Assembly: GCF_006345805.1 (NCBI RefSeq)
Contig: NC_042998.1
Coordinates: 42,284,001-42,348,000 of the forward strand
Reading direction: 5' to 3'
DNA length: 64,000 nucleotides
Source: Octopus sinensis
Lineage: Eukaryota
The notes beneath the pieces were generated by a model. The model was given only the letters and a program-made list of their open reading frames with translations, did not search any database and had not been told where the DNA came from. Positions 25,467 through 36,934 of this stretch are shown piece after piece (position 1 is the stretch's first letter; each line of letters starts with the position of its first letter). The translations under genes and the position numbers were made by a program.

Positions 25467-28400
25467 GATGAATAGTAGGAATAAAACCAAATTTTATGCA
25501 TTAATTAGGATGATCATATAACCAGTGGATTCAATAATTATAAGAGAGGAATATGTTGCAAAGCTAAACTGTTCACTGGTGTTTCTTCAAATAATTACAT
25601 AGTTTCATAATTACTGATTTAGTGATGACCTTTCCCAAATCCTTTCTAGTTATAAATGGGCCAAGAACATGATCATGAAATAGCATTTCAAAGACATGCT
25701 GATGATGTAAGTTTAATTGGTGATTCAGAGAAAACCATATAAAGAATGATTTTTTATTCTGCAGAAGCTGCTCATTTCCTTGGAGTACTTATAGTCAGCA
25801 GGAAGGATATTAAATTACTATCCTTTTCATATTTGCATGATTTATAGAGCTACAAATAGTAAATCAATTTAGATAACTTGGTTGTATGATTTCCTATGAT
25901 ACTGAAACTAACAGGTGAACTATTCAAAGTAAACAATGGTAATCTGTATAAACTTGTGTGGAAGAATCACCTTCTCTGAAAAAACAACACACTGAAAACT
26001 ATCACTACTACTTCACATTGATCATCTTCAATCATTAACATTATTTATAAATTAAGAGGCATGACGCCCACATATTCCTCTTAGTTATCCTTCTCTTTGA
26101 GAATGCTTACATGAGCATAAATATGAAAGAGTACAAAGGGCAAGAATGATAAGCGTTTTTCATCTTCCATTCATCAGAATTTTTAGCTATTGTAGCTGTG
26201 AAAGGACTGGCTTCTCTACTCACTAATGTACTTGCAGAAGACAAACATCATTTCTATTCAGAATCTTTGTCTTGCAAAGGAGAAAAACGAAAAAAAAAAA
26301 AAAAAACCAACGAAACAATCACAATCTTATCAAAAGATAATACATATTATGATATTAGATAGCAAGTACTATAGAAAAATTGCTATGTACCCAACAAGCT
26401 AAAATCATAATGCAATTTCAGTTCTCAGAACAAAGCGTTTTATTTGCTTTAAGAAAATATATCAATGTTATATTTCTCAAATTATAGTGTCTTTGTATCT
26501 TTTTTTTATATAAAAAAGGAACTAATATTTTAATTCATATGAAATAAATTTAGGGAAATTTCTCTTTCTGAAATTTTCTTTGTAGTAATTATGTTTATTG
26601 CCAAACTATTCTTGGAATTATGTTATATGGTTTACACTAGGTAAACACTATTCTTAAAGAGTAACATTAATGGCATGTGAATACCATGATCACAGCCCTT
26701 TTCTTTTGACAGCACTCAACAAAATATAGGGTTTAATAAAACATTCAGCCTTTAAAATGTTTGATATAATTCCCTTTCTGGAGACATTAGAAACTAAAAC
26801 TATTTAGTAATTTTAAATTTTATTTCCTTTGCCTCTAACAGTTTCACTATTTTAAGTCTTTTAAGTAAATAATTCTGATACTGAGATATTTATTGCAAAG
26901 ATCTTTGGCATTTGGCATTTTCTGTTACATTCTTTTGATGTCTCTCATCTCCTTTGCATTTCTGAGTTAAGAACTTCAACCATTTGCTATAACACTTCTT
27001 TTAGGAAGGAGTATACTGACAAAATTGTCAAACTACTTAAATCTTAATGTCTTTTAGTGAAATTGTTATAAGTTTTGGACTGATGAATAAAGAGAAGATA
27101 TATAGAGAGAAGGAAATATGTAAATGTAAAAAAAATGTAAATGATAGTTTATCAACTTAGAGGCAATCATTTTGTTTCATATTTACAACACATACTTCCT
27201 TTGTTCTATGAACCACAGGACCGAGAAAATACTTTTCCTTTTTTGTATTATTACAATACTCAAATATTTAGCATTTAAATTTTCCCATTAACCTCACTAA
27301 CTCCCATCACGACTGTCTTATAAAATGAAAAGGCAACCATGAAGTATGAGTAATTTCCTTTCCCTCCCTGATAAAATAATTTATAAAACATACCCTTACA
27401 CATATGGGATTTTTGACAGTGCTCTATTTGCAATTTATTGTATACAGCATTGCACAAGCAATCATCTTGGGAATTCAACTTGAAGCAAATTTATTGTAGG
27501 ATGACATTTTTATTGCCAAACCATTTTCTAACAGTCTTGTACGGTACTCTAGAGACGTATATCTTGTGCATATATTATTTCAGTTTTGTACACTTTAACT
27601 AATTTTTACTTTCTTGTTAGAAATCACTGTTTTCAACAGCTAGATATTTTTGGTGGATAAATGTCATTTGATCAGTTTTATATTTTAAAGTTGTTCCTTT
27701 TTATGTTTTCCTGTTGACTCAGGAACCCAGATGTATGAATACTGCTTCATACAATTCCAGATTGATTAATTATAAATAGTTCTTACTGTTTGTATATAAT
27801 TTGCATTAACATTAGCTGCATTAAAATAACCAGTCTATGGTAGTTTAGCATTTTAATGTAACCTCCAAGAATTTGCTTGTATAACAGCAAATTGACTTAT
27901 GACTACAAATCTTTTTTTCAAATATTATGACTGATTTCATTAACATATTCTATTGTCATCAAGATCATGATTACATCAACTTCATTATAAAGGTTGTTTC
28001 TATACCTTGAGCAGAAAGTTTTATTTACTGATTTCTGTTAGAAAATAGAAAAAAGGTATTTGTTTGATCAATTTGAACTCATCATCTCTGTATATTCCTC
28101 ATACTTATTTTATTGATACTTAAGAGGGAAAAAATTAATTCTCATGTAATATTTTAAAATGTAAAGAATTTAATCTTTTTATCCATTATTTAAAACTTAA
28201 CACTAAAAACTTAATTTTTTAGCTTATATGAATTTATGAATAAGTTTAACACATTTAAATAAATATATTACTGGAAAGGAAATCAATAATGATCAGAAAT
28301 CACAATAATGTTGTGACTTACTGAATTTCTGTAGCAAAGTTCAAATCAAATGAAAAATTTTCATTTTTGTCATTTTCTGTTTTCAGAGAATTTTACACAT

Positions 28401-28914
28401 GCACACAAGCATGTGCGTGTGCACATACACACAAGCACACATGCGCGCATGTGCACACACACACACACACACACACATAGATACATACATGCATATATAT
28501 ATATATTGAAGTAGATTTTCTATAGCAAGATACTCATTCTGTCACCACTCACAAGACCTTGGTCAGCCTGGAGCTACAGTAGAAGACACTTGTTCAAGGT
28601 ACCATACAGTGAGATGGAATCTAAAACAGAGACATATGGCTACATAGTTCTCTATTTGTTTTGTTTGAAAATGTTATAAAATGGACATATTCTTTTATTC
28701 TTTTACTTGTTTCAGTCATCTGACTGTGGCCATGCTGGAGCGCCACCTTTAGTCAAACAATTCGATCCCAGAACTTATTCTTTGTAAGCCTAGTACTTAT
28801 TCTATCGGTCTGTTTTGCCAAACCACTAAGTTATGAGGATGTAAACACACCAGCATTGATTGTCAAGCGATGCTGGGGGGACAGACACAGACACACAAAC
28901 ACATACATACATGC

Positions 28915-28950
<36 letters not shown>

Positions 28951-28975
28951 TATAAAGGATCATGGGTAAGGCCAA

Positions 28976-29229
28976 AACAATGTGAAGTAAATGCAAGGTA
29001 AATCACAAAAAACAAATGTGTGAATTAATGTAGACTTACCTTGTTTTCAATATTTCGGGGTTATGATCCCATTTTCAAGAAATTGACGAATGTTGCTGAT
29101 GTTGCGGGCAGCATTCATCAATTTCTTGAAAATGGGGTCATAACCCCAAAATATTGAAAACAAAGTAAGTCTACATTAATTCACATATTTGTTTTCTTGT
29201 GATTTACCTTGCATTTACTTTGCATTGTT
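28976..29229. repeat. Fold-back palindrome, ~121 bp arms, 11 nt loop
   Basis: 28976-29096 is the reverse complement of 29108-29229 with only a handful of mismatches. Confidence 0.95.
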
Positions 29230-29361
29230 ATACATGTATGTATATTGTTATAATTGTCTTTTTGAAAAATAAATAAATAGACATAATATAATGTCTAAAA
29301 GTTGATGAATACCACCTCTTGATCCCCTCCATCTTCTTATTGCTGTATATAGGAGGAGGAG

Positions 29362-29692
29362 GAGACCCCCTTCGGTCATGAATGACCATGGGATTGCACC
29401 TAGAAAGTTTCCCTCTGATGCACAAGTCAGAGCAAGATTGCTTGTGGAAGGCTAGCAGTTGCCCATGCATACCAGCCTCCCCTCTCCATACCACTGATGT
29501 TATCCAAGGGAAAGGCAAAGGCCGATACAGCTTGGCACCAGTGATGTCGCGACTCATTTCTACAGATGAGTGAACTGGAGCAACATGAAATAAAGTGTCT
29601 TGCTCAAGAACACAACACACAGCCCAGTCTGGGAATCGAACTCACAACCTCATGATTGTAAGCTTGATGCTCTAACCACTAAGCCATGCACC
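29362..29692 (-). mobile_element. tRNA-derived SINE (family D)
   Basis: Inverted homologue of 1453-1778, with B-box GAGTTCGATTCC. Confidence 0.8.
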
Positions 29693-29739
29693 TTCATTGC
29701 TGTATATATATATATATATATACACACATATATGTGTGT

Positions 29740-29950
29740 GTGTATGTTTGTGTGTCTGTGTTTATCCCCCCCCCCCACCATCACTTGACAACTAATGCTG
29801 GTGTATTTATGTCCCCATAACGTAGTGATTCAGCAAAGAGGCCGATAGAATTAGTACTAGGCTTACAAAGAATAAATTCTGGGGTCGATTTGTTCAACTA
29901 AAAGCATTGCTACAGTCAAATGACTGAAACAAATAAAAGAATAAAAGAAT
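29740..29950 (+). mobile_element. SINE family A, 3' half
   Basis: Homologous to the family A 3' half. Confidence 0.75.
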
Positions 29951-30015
29951 TTCAAACTTATGATGCTAGGTGTTACCATTATTTTTTCCAACTCCTGTAT
30001 ATATATATATATATA

Positions 30016-30180
30016 TCATCATCATCATCATCATCATTTAGCGTCCGTTTTCCATGCTAGCATGGGTTGGACGGTTCTACTGCGGTCTGTGAAGCCAGAA
30101 GGCTTCATCAGGCCCAGTCAAATCTGGCAGTGTTTCTACGGCTGGATGCCCTTCCTAACGCCAATGCCCTTCCTAACGCT
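30016..30180 (-). mobile_element. RTE-LINE 3' terminal fragment
   Basis: (CAT)n tail plus tttagcgtccgttttccatgctagcatgggttggacgg. Confidence 0.8.
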
Positions 30181-30276
30181 ATTATATATATATAATAATA
30201 TAAAAAAAGGAACAAAGAAGTGGACCGAAACGACGAATCGGAACGAACATGATGCGGGGCGCTGTCAGACAATAAG

Positions 30277-30721
30277 GTGATAAATAAAAATATATGCATA
30301 CATACAAACATATATGTACGTACCTACATCTACATGTATATATGCATGCATATATAAATAATTATACGTGAGTACAGGACATCACAAAAAGACGTAGAAA
30401 CGGAAAAAGCCAAAAAACAAAAAACAAGAAAACCAAAAACAATTACAGGACGAGCTACACAAGGACAAAACCCCCATCATCAGCTGTCGCTAGTGGAGTC
30501 AGGCATGTTTCGAAGGCATGTCCTTGTGTAGCTCGTCCTGTAATTGTTTTTCGTTTTCTTGTTTTTCGTTTTCTTGTTTTTTGTTTTTTGGTTTTTTCCG
30601 TTTCTACATCTTATTGTGATGTCCTGTACTCACGTATAATTATTTATATATGCATGTATATATACATGTAGATGTAGGTACGTACATATATGTTTGTATG
30701 TATGCATATATTTTTATTTAT

Positions 30722-30724
<3 letters not shown>
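30277..30724. repeat. Fold-back palindrome, ~190-205 bp arms, 51 nt loop
   Basis: 30277-30467 is the reverse complement of 30519-30724; the right arm has an extra short T-rich unit. Confidence 0.95.
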
Positions 30725-30753
<29 letters not shown>

Positions 30754-30757
<4 letters not shown>

Positions 30758-33700
30758 TATTTCTTACGAACCTACACCAACCCTTCCTGCCATCGTTCCT
30801 CCTTACCCCAACCTTCCCCACTAGTTGCTCCCCTATATTACCCGCACCCTCTACTATCTCTCCCTTTCTTTCACTGGTGAAACCTTTCTCAACTGGACCC
30901 CCCCCCCCTCCCCAACTCAACTCTAGAATATCTGTATTTCTTTCCTCTACCTAATTACGTTACTCAGTGACGATAACGAATGTCCACTGCTAACACCAGC
31001 TCCTGCCCACGGCGTGGTCAGGTTGGAAGAGAGATCAAAAGAAAAATACCACGAAAACTATCACCACCACAACAACCCTCCTCTTCTCAGGCGCCGAATC
31101 CCCCCCGTCCCCCCCACATCTCCTTCCCAGTTTTCAGAGTTGGCACTATCAATGTTGGTACATTGACAGGCAAGTCTAGTGAGATTGTAGAGATGCTAGA
31201 GAGAAGACAGGTTGATGTATGCTGCATACAAGAGGTAAGATGGAGAGATGCTTCGGCTAGGGTCCTCACGGGCAAGGCACTTAGGTACAAACTCTACTGG
31301 CAAGGTAACGCGGAAGGTGTAGGGGGTGTAGGCATTCTCCTTGCGGAGGAATGGGTGGATAAGGTCATAGAGGTTGTCAGGGTTTGTGATAGAGTGCTTA
31401 AGCTCAGGTTGGTCCTACAGAGTGGCACAGCTATGATTATCTCAGCCTATGCCCCACAAGCGGGACTACCAAATGATCAGAAGGACAACTTTTATGATAC
31501 CCTTCTGCAGGCTACTTCAAAGACTAGTAACAAGGACCTCATCTTTGTAGGTGGAGATTTTAATGGGCATGTTGGGCGGGAATCGGGTATCTTCACTGGG
31601 GTACATGGTGGCTATGGTATTGGCACCAGAAATGATGAGGGAAATAGACTGCTGGAATTCTGTGATGCATGTAACCTTTCAATCTGCAACACTAACTTCA
31701 AGAAGCCAGTCTGCCACCTTATAACTTATCAGTCAGGAGACTCCGCTAGCCAAATAGACTTCATCCTCACCAGACAACGGGATGCAGGGTTGCTCTTGAA
31801 TACAAAGACCCTCCCGGGTGAAGAATGTATCCCTCAGCATAGACTAATCATCAGTGACTTTAAGCTTGAGGCCAGAAGGACTCCAAGAAACAAACCAATC
31901 CAGAAAAGAAGGATTTGGAGGCTAAAGAACCCTTCGCATGGTCAGAAATTTAGGGACATACTCATCAAGAAATTTGATGAGAGGGAGGAGGAGCTTCAGA
32001 CGTCAGACATAGAAGGGAGCTGGAATTCCTACGGGACAGCTTGCTGAGTGCCACAGACCAAGTCTGTGGATGGTGCAAAGTCCCTTCCAGACCTAGAATT
32101 ACGTGGTGGTGGAATAGTGCAGTAGATAAAGCCATCTGTGAAAAGAGACGGGCCTGGAAAGCCTGGAAGGATGGGGGCAGCAGGGAACTGTACCAGATAG
32201 CCAAAAGGGAGGCTGGGCGGCAGGTATACATTGCCAAAGATGTAGCAGAAAAGAAGAAGTTTGCCAATGTCCAGCGTCGCGAGGATCAAAGAGCTGAAGT
32301 ATTTCGGATTGCCAGACAGTGTGTCAGAGAAAATAGCGATGTTATAGGAGAGAAATGTGTCCGCATGGATGATGGGGCACTTGCTTTTACTACTAGTGAA
32401 AAGAAAGAGGCTTGGAGAAGCCATTATGAAAGACTGCTGAATGAGGAGAATGAATGGGAGGAGGAGAGCCTGCCAAATGTTGACCCAGTAGAGGGACCAG
32501 CTACCCGAATAGACAGCTCCCTTGTAGATAAGGCAATTAAGGATATGAAACCAGGCAAAGCCCCTGGCCTATCAGGAATCACTGCTGAGATGCTTAAAAC
32601 AGCTGGCTATGTGGGCTATGCCATAGTCACCCGCATTGTAAACCAGGTAGTTCACAATGGAGTCATACCCAATGACTGGTGCAGCAGCACCATAGTCAAC
32701 TGCTACAAGGGTAAGGGTGATGCTCTAGATAGAAATAACTACAGAGGTATCAAACTGTTGGACCAGGTGATGAAGGTCTCAGAGAAGGTCATAACCAATC
32801 TCATTAGGGAGAGAATTTGTTTAGATGAAATGCAGTTCGGTTTTGTACCAGGTAGAAGCACCACTGATGCTATATTCCTGGTCCGACAACTGCAGGAGAA
32901 GTACCTAGCTAAAGATAAACCCCTCTACATAGCTTTTGTAGACTTGGAGAAAGCCTTTGACAGGGTTCCCCGTTCCCTTATCTGGTGGTCGATGCGGAAA
33001 CTGGAGATTGAAGAATGGCTAATAAGGGCTGTACAGGCTCTATACAGAGAGGCTGTCAGCAAGGTTAGGATTGGCAACGAATATAGTGAAGAATTCCGGG
33101 TAGAAGTAGGTGTGCACCAGGGCTCAGCCCTCAGTCCCCTTTTATTCATCATAGTCCTTCAGGCAATAACAGAGGAATTCAAAACGGGATGCCCCTGGGA
33201 GCTCCTCTATGCCGATGACCTAGCTCTCATAGCAGAATCACTACCGGAACTAGAAGAGAAATTTCGGGTGTGGAAGCAAGGGTTGGAATCAAAGGGCCTT
33301 AGAATAAATGTAGCAAAGACCAAAGTATTAGTAAGCAGCAAGAGGTACTCAGCACACACCCCCTCGGGTAGGTGGCCCTGCTCAACCTGTAGGTAAGGTA
33401 CAGGTAGAAACTCCATAAGATGCACCCAATGTAAGTTATGGACACATAAGAGGTGCAGCAACATTAAAGGGAAATTAACAGATAAGATAGCTTTCATGTG
33501 CGGCAGATGCACAGGGACAATAGACACAACAGACACTCAGAAAACAGATTCCATCACACTCCAGGGAGAGAAACTAGAAGTAGTTGATAGTTTCCGCTAC
33601 CTGGGTGACCAAGTTAGTAGCGGAGGTGGATGCACAGAGAGTATCACCACTAGAATACGAATAGCCTGGGCAAAGTTCAGAAAGCTCCTACCCCTACTGG

Positions 33701-34527
33701 CAACAAAAGGTCTCTCCCTCAGAGCGAAAGGTAGATTGTATGATGCATGTGTGCGAACTGCCATGCTCCACGGTAATGAAACATGGGCTGTGACTGCAGA
33801 AGACATGCGTAGACTTGAAAGAAATGAAGCTAGCATGATCCGCTGGATGTGTAGTGTCAGTGTGCACGCAAGACAGAGTGTAAGCATCCTGAGAGAAATG
33901 CTGGATATAAGAAGCATCAGATGTGGTGTGCAAGAGCGACGCTTGCGATGGTATGGTCATGTGCTGCGGATGGATGAAGAGAGATGTGTGAAGAAGTGCC
34001 ACTCCCAAACAGTTGAAGGTATCAGGGGGAGAGGTAGACCCAGGAAGACATGGGATGAGGTAGTCAAGCATGACCTCAGAGCATTGGGCCTCACTGAGGC
34101 AATGGCGAAGGACCGAGATCTCTGGAGATATGCTGTGACTACAAAGACCCGGGCTGCTTTCTGCAGCAATTCCACTTACCCCCTACCCATTCTAAGTACC
34201 CCGGATCCCCAAAGTACCCTGGATCCCCAAAGTACCCCGATCCCCAAAGTACCCCGACCTCGTTGCCCCCGTGCCGCTGACACGTTAAAAGCTCGAACCG
34301 ATCGTGACCGATGCCGGACCCTCCGCCCCTGTGCAGGTGGCACGTAAAAAGCACCCAATCCACTCACGGAGTGGTTGGCGTTAGGAAGGGCATCCAGCCG
34401 TAGAAACTCTGCCAGATTCAGACTGGAGCCTGGAGCAGCCCCTGGCTTCCCAGACCCGGTCGAACCGTCCAACCCGTGCTAGCGCGGAAAGCGGACGTTA
34501 AACGATGATGATGATGATGATGATGAT
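30754..34527 (+). mobile_element. Near full-length RTE-clade LINE
   Basis: Pyrimidine-rich 5' UTR, single ORF with APE endonuclease and RT, 3' UTR, (GAT)n tail, (AT)n on both flanks. The 5' boundary is approximate. Confidence 0.95.
30980..34347 (+). pseudogene. RTE ORF (APE endonuclease, reverse transcriptase, PHD finger), disrupted by a 1-nt deletion near 32024 and a TAA at 33394-33396
   Basis: APE motifs GTINV, IQEVRW, GGDFNGH, SQIDFI, QHRL. RT motifs YRGIKLL, QFGF, FVDLEKAFDRV, GVHQGSALSP, YADD. ORF 33496 is in the same frame as ORF 32041. Confidence 0.95.
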
Positions 34528-34534
34528 ATATATA

Positions 34535-36245
34535 GACCCTCCTTGGTGAAAAATGTACCCCAGCATAGACTAATTATTAGACTTGAGGCCAGAAGGATGT
34601 CAAAAAGCAGACTAATCTGGAAAAGAAGGACTTGGAAGTTTTCACATGGTCAGAGAATTAGGGATATCCTTACTGAGAAATTTGATGATAGGGAGGGGGA
34701 ACTACAGTCCTGTGACATAGAAGGCAGCTGAGAATTCCTGTGAGACAGCTTGCTGAGCACCACAGATGAAATCTGCGGCTGGTGCAAAGTTCCTTCTAGA
34801 CCTAGGGTAAAATGGTGGTGGAACAATACTGTAGACAGGGCCATTAGAGCAAAGAAACAGGCTTGGAAGGCCTGTAAGAGTTGGGGTTGCAAGAGAATGT
34901 ATCAGATAGCCAAAAGGGAAGCTAGGAGACAGGTATATACATAGCCAAGGCAGTAGCAGAAAAGAAGAAGTTTGCCAATGTTCAGTGACGTGAGAATCAA
35001 AGAACTGAAGTATTTTGGATTGCAAGACTGTGTGCAAGAGAAAACCATGATGTCATAGGAGAGAAATGTGTCTGCATGGATGATGGTGCCCTTGTGTTTA
35101 ATGATTCTGCAAAGAAACAGGCTTGAAGATGCCATTATGAAAGACTGCTGAATGTGGTGAATGAATGGGACACGTAGAGTCTGCCAAAAGTTAACTCAAT
35201 TGAGGGACCAGCTACCCGAATTGACAGTACCCTCGTAAATAAAGCAATTAAGGATATGAAGGCAGGGAAAGCATCTGACACATCAGAAATCACTGCTGAG
35301 ATGCTTAAAATATCGATCTGTTTAAAGGCGTGGGTACAAACTCCATATGATGTACCCGGTGTAAGCTATGGACACATAAAAGGTGCAGCAATATCAAAGG
35401 AAGGTTAACTGGGAAGATAATTTTTGTGTGTGGCAGATGCACAGGGGCAATCAATATTGAAGATACTACCATGCTACACAGCAGTGAAACATGGGCCATG
35501 ACTGCTGAGGACATGCATAGGCTTGAAAGAAATGAAGCTAGTATGATCCACTGGATGTGTAATGTCAGTGTGCATACATGACAGAGTGTTAGTGCTCTGA
35601 GAGCAAAGTTGAACATAAGAAGCACCAAGTATAGTGTGCAAGAAAGATGACTGTGCTGGTATGGTCATGTTATATATGGATGAGGACAGCTGTGTGAAGA
35701 AGTGCCACTCCCTAACTGTGGAAGGAACCTGTGGAAGAGGCAGACCCAGGAAGACATGGGATGAGGTGGTGAAGCATGACCTTTGAACATTGAACCTGTT
35801 GAGTCAAGTAAAACCAAAATCGTAGCTGTGACCAGTGCCCCCTGACTGGCTTTTGTGCTGGTGGCACATAAAAAACACCATCAAACGTGGTCGATGCCAG
35901 GTCTGCCTGACTGGCTCCCATACTGGTAGCATGTAAAAAGCACCATCTGAACATGGCTGATGCCAGTACCCCATGGCTGGCTCCTGTACTGGTGGTATGT
36001 AAAAAGCACTATCTGAATGTGATTGATACTAGGCCCGCCTGACTGACTCCTGTGCTGGTGGCATGTAAAAAACACCTACTACACTCTCAGAGTGGTTGGT
36101 GTTAGGAAGGGCATCCAGCTGTCGAAGCATTGCCAGATTAGATTGGAGTCTGGTGCAGCTGCTGTCTCTTCAGACCTCAATCAAACTGCCCAACTTATAC
36201 CAGCATGGAAAACGGATGTTAAACGATGATGATGATCATCATCGT
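34535..36245 (+). mobile_element. Older, 5'-truncated, internally deleted RTE copy of the same family
   Basis: Colinear patches matching roughly 31800-32600, 33390-33540 and 33760-34080 (e.g. MLSTTDEICGWCKVPSRPRVKWWWN), many stops, hairpin-unit 3' UTR and (GAT)n tail. Confidence 0.85.
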
Positions 36246-36606
36246 CATTTAATGTCCACCTCCCATGTAATATATATAAGACAAGGCATAAATAATGGGT
36301 ATTGCATATTTTTCTTTATTGTAGTAAATATACATATATCTGTGTGTGAATGCATATATATGTGTATAGGTATACATACAGATATGTATGCATATATGTA
36401 TGTATATATATATACATATATGCATATGTTTATACACACACACACACATACATATATATATTTATATACATATCTTTACATATATATATATAAAAGTGTG
36501 TGTGTATGCATATGCATATATGTATTTATGGCATGTAAAAATAAGTAAATAATATAACAATGCCTTACATATTATCATTTTAGGTTTATTATTATATACA
36601 TCTATA

Positions 36607-36812
36607 AAGGTGGCAACCTAGCTGAACTGTTAGCATGCCAGGTAAAATGCTTACTGACATTTCATCAAGCCTTACATTCTGGGTTCAAATTCTGCCAAGG
36701 TTGACTTTGCTTTTCATCCTTTTGAGATAGATAAAATAAGTACCAGTTGGGCACTAGGTTTGATGTAATTGATTTAATCCCTTTCCTGAAATTGCTGGTC
36801 TTCTGGCAATAA
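36607..36812 (+). mobile_element. SINE family C
   Basis: gggttcaaattctgcc...ctttgcttttcatcctttt...ataaaataagtaccagttg. Confidence 0.75.
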
Positions 36813-36934
36813 CAATGCTGATGTTATTCAATGATTTGAAATTATTGTCATATACATTTGTATTGATTTTCACTTGATTTAAATACATTTAATCAAAACA
36901 CTTAAATTGTTTGGTATTTTCTTTTTGTTTGCAG

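Noticed and set aside
30225-30265. ggaccGAAAcg...aTGATGCgggg hammerhead-like order
   Set aside because: The core is mismatched and stems I and III do not pair.
31087-34472. Minus-strand ORFs overlapping the LINE
   Set aside because: Antisense shadows of the RTE ORF with no independent motifs.
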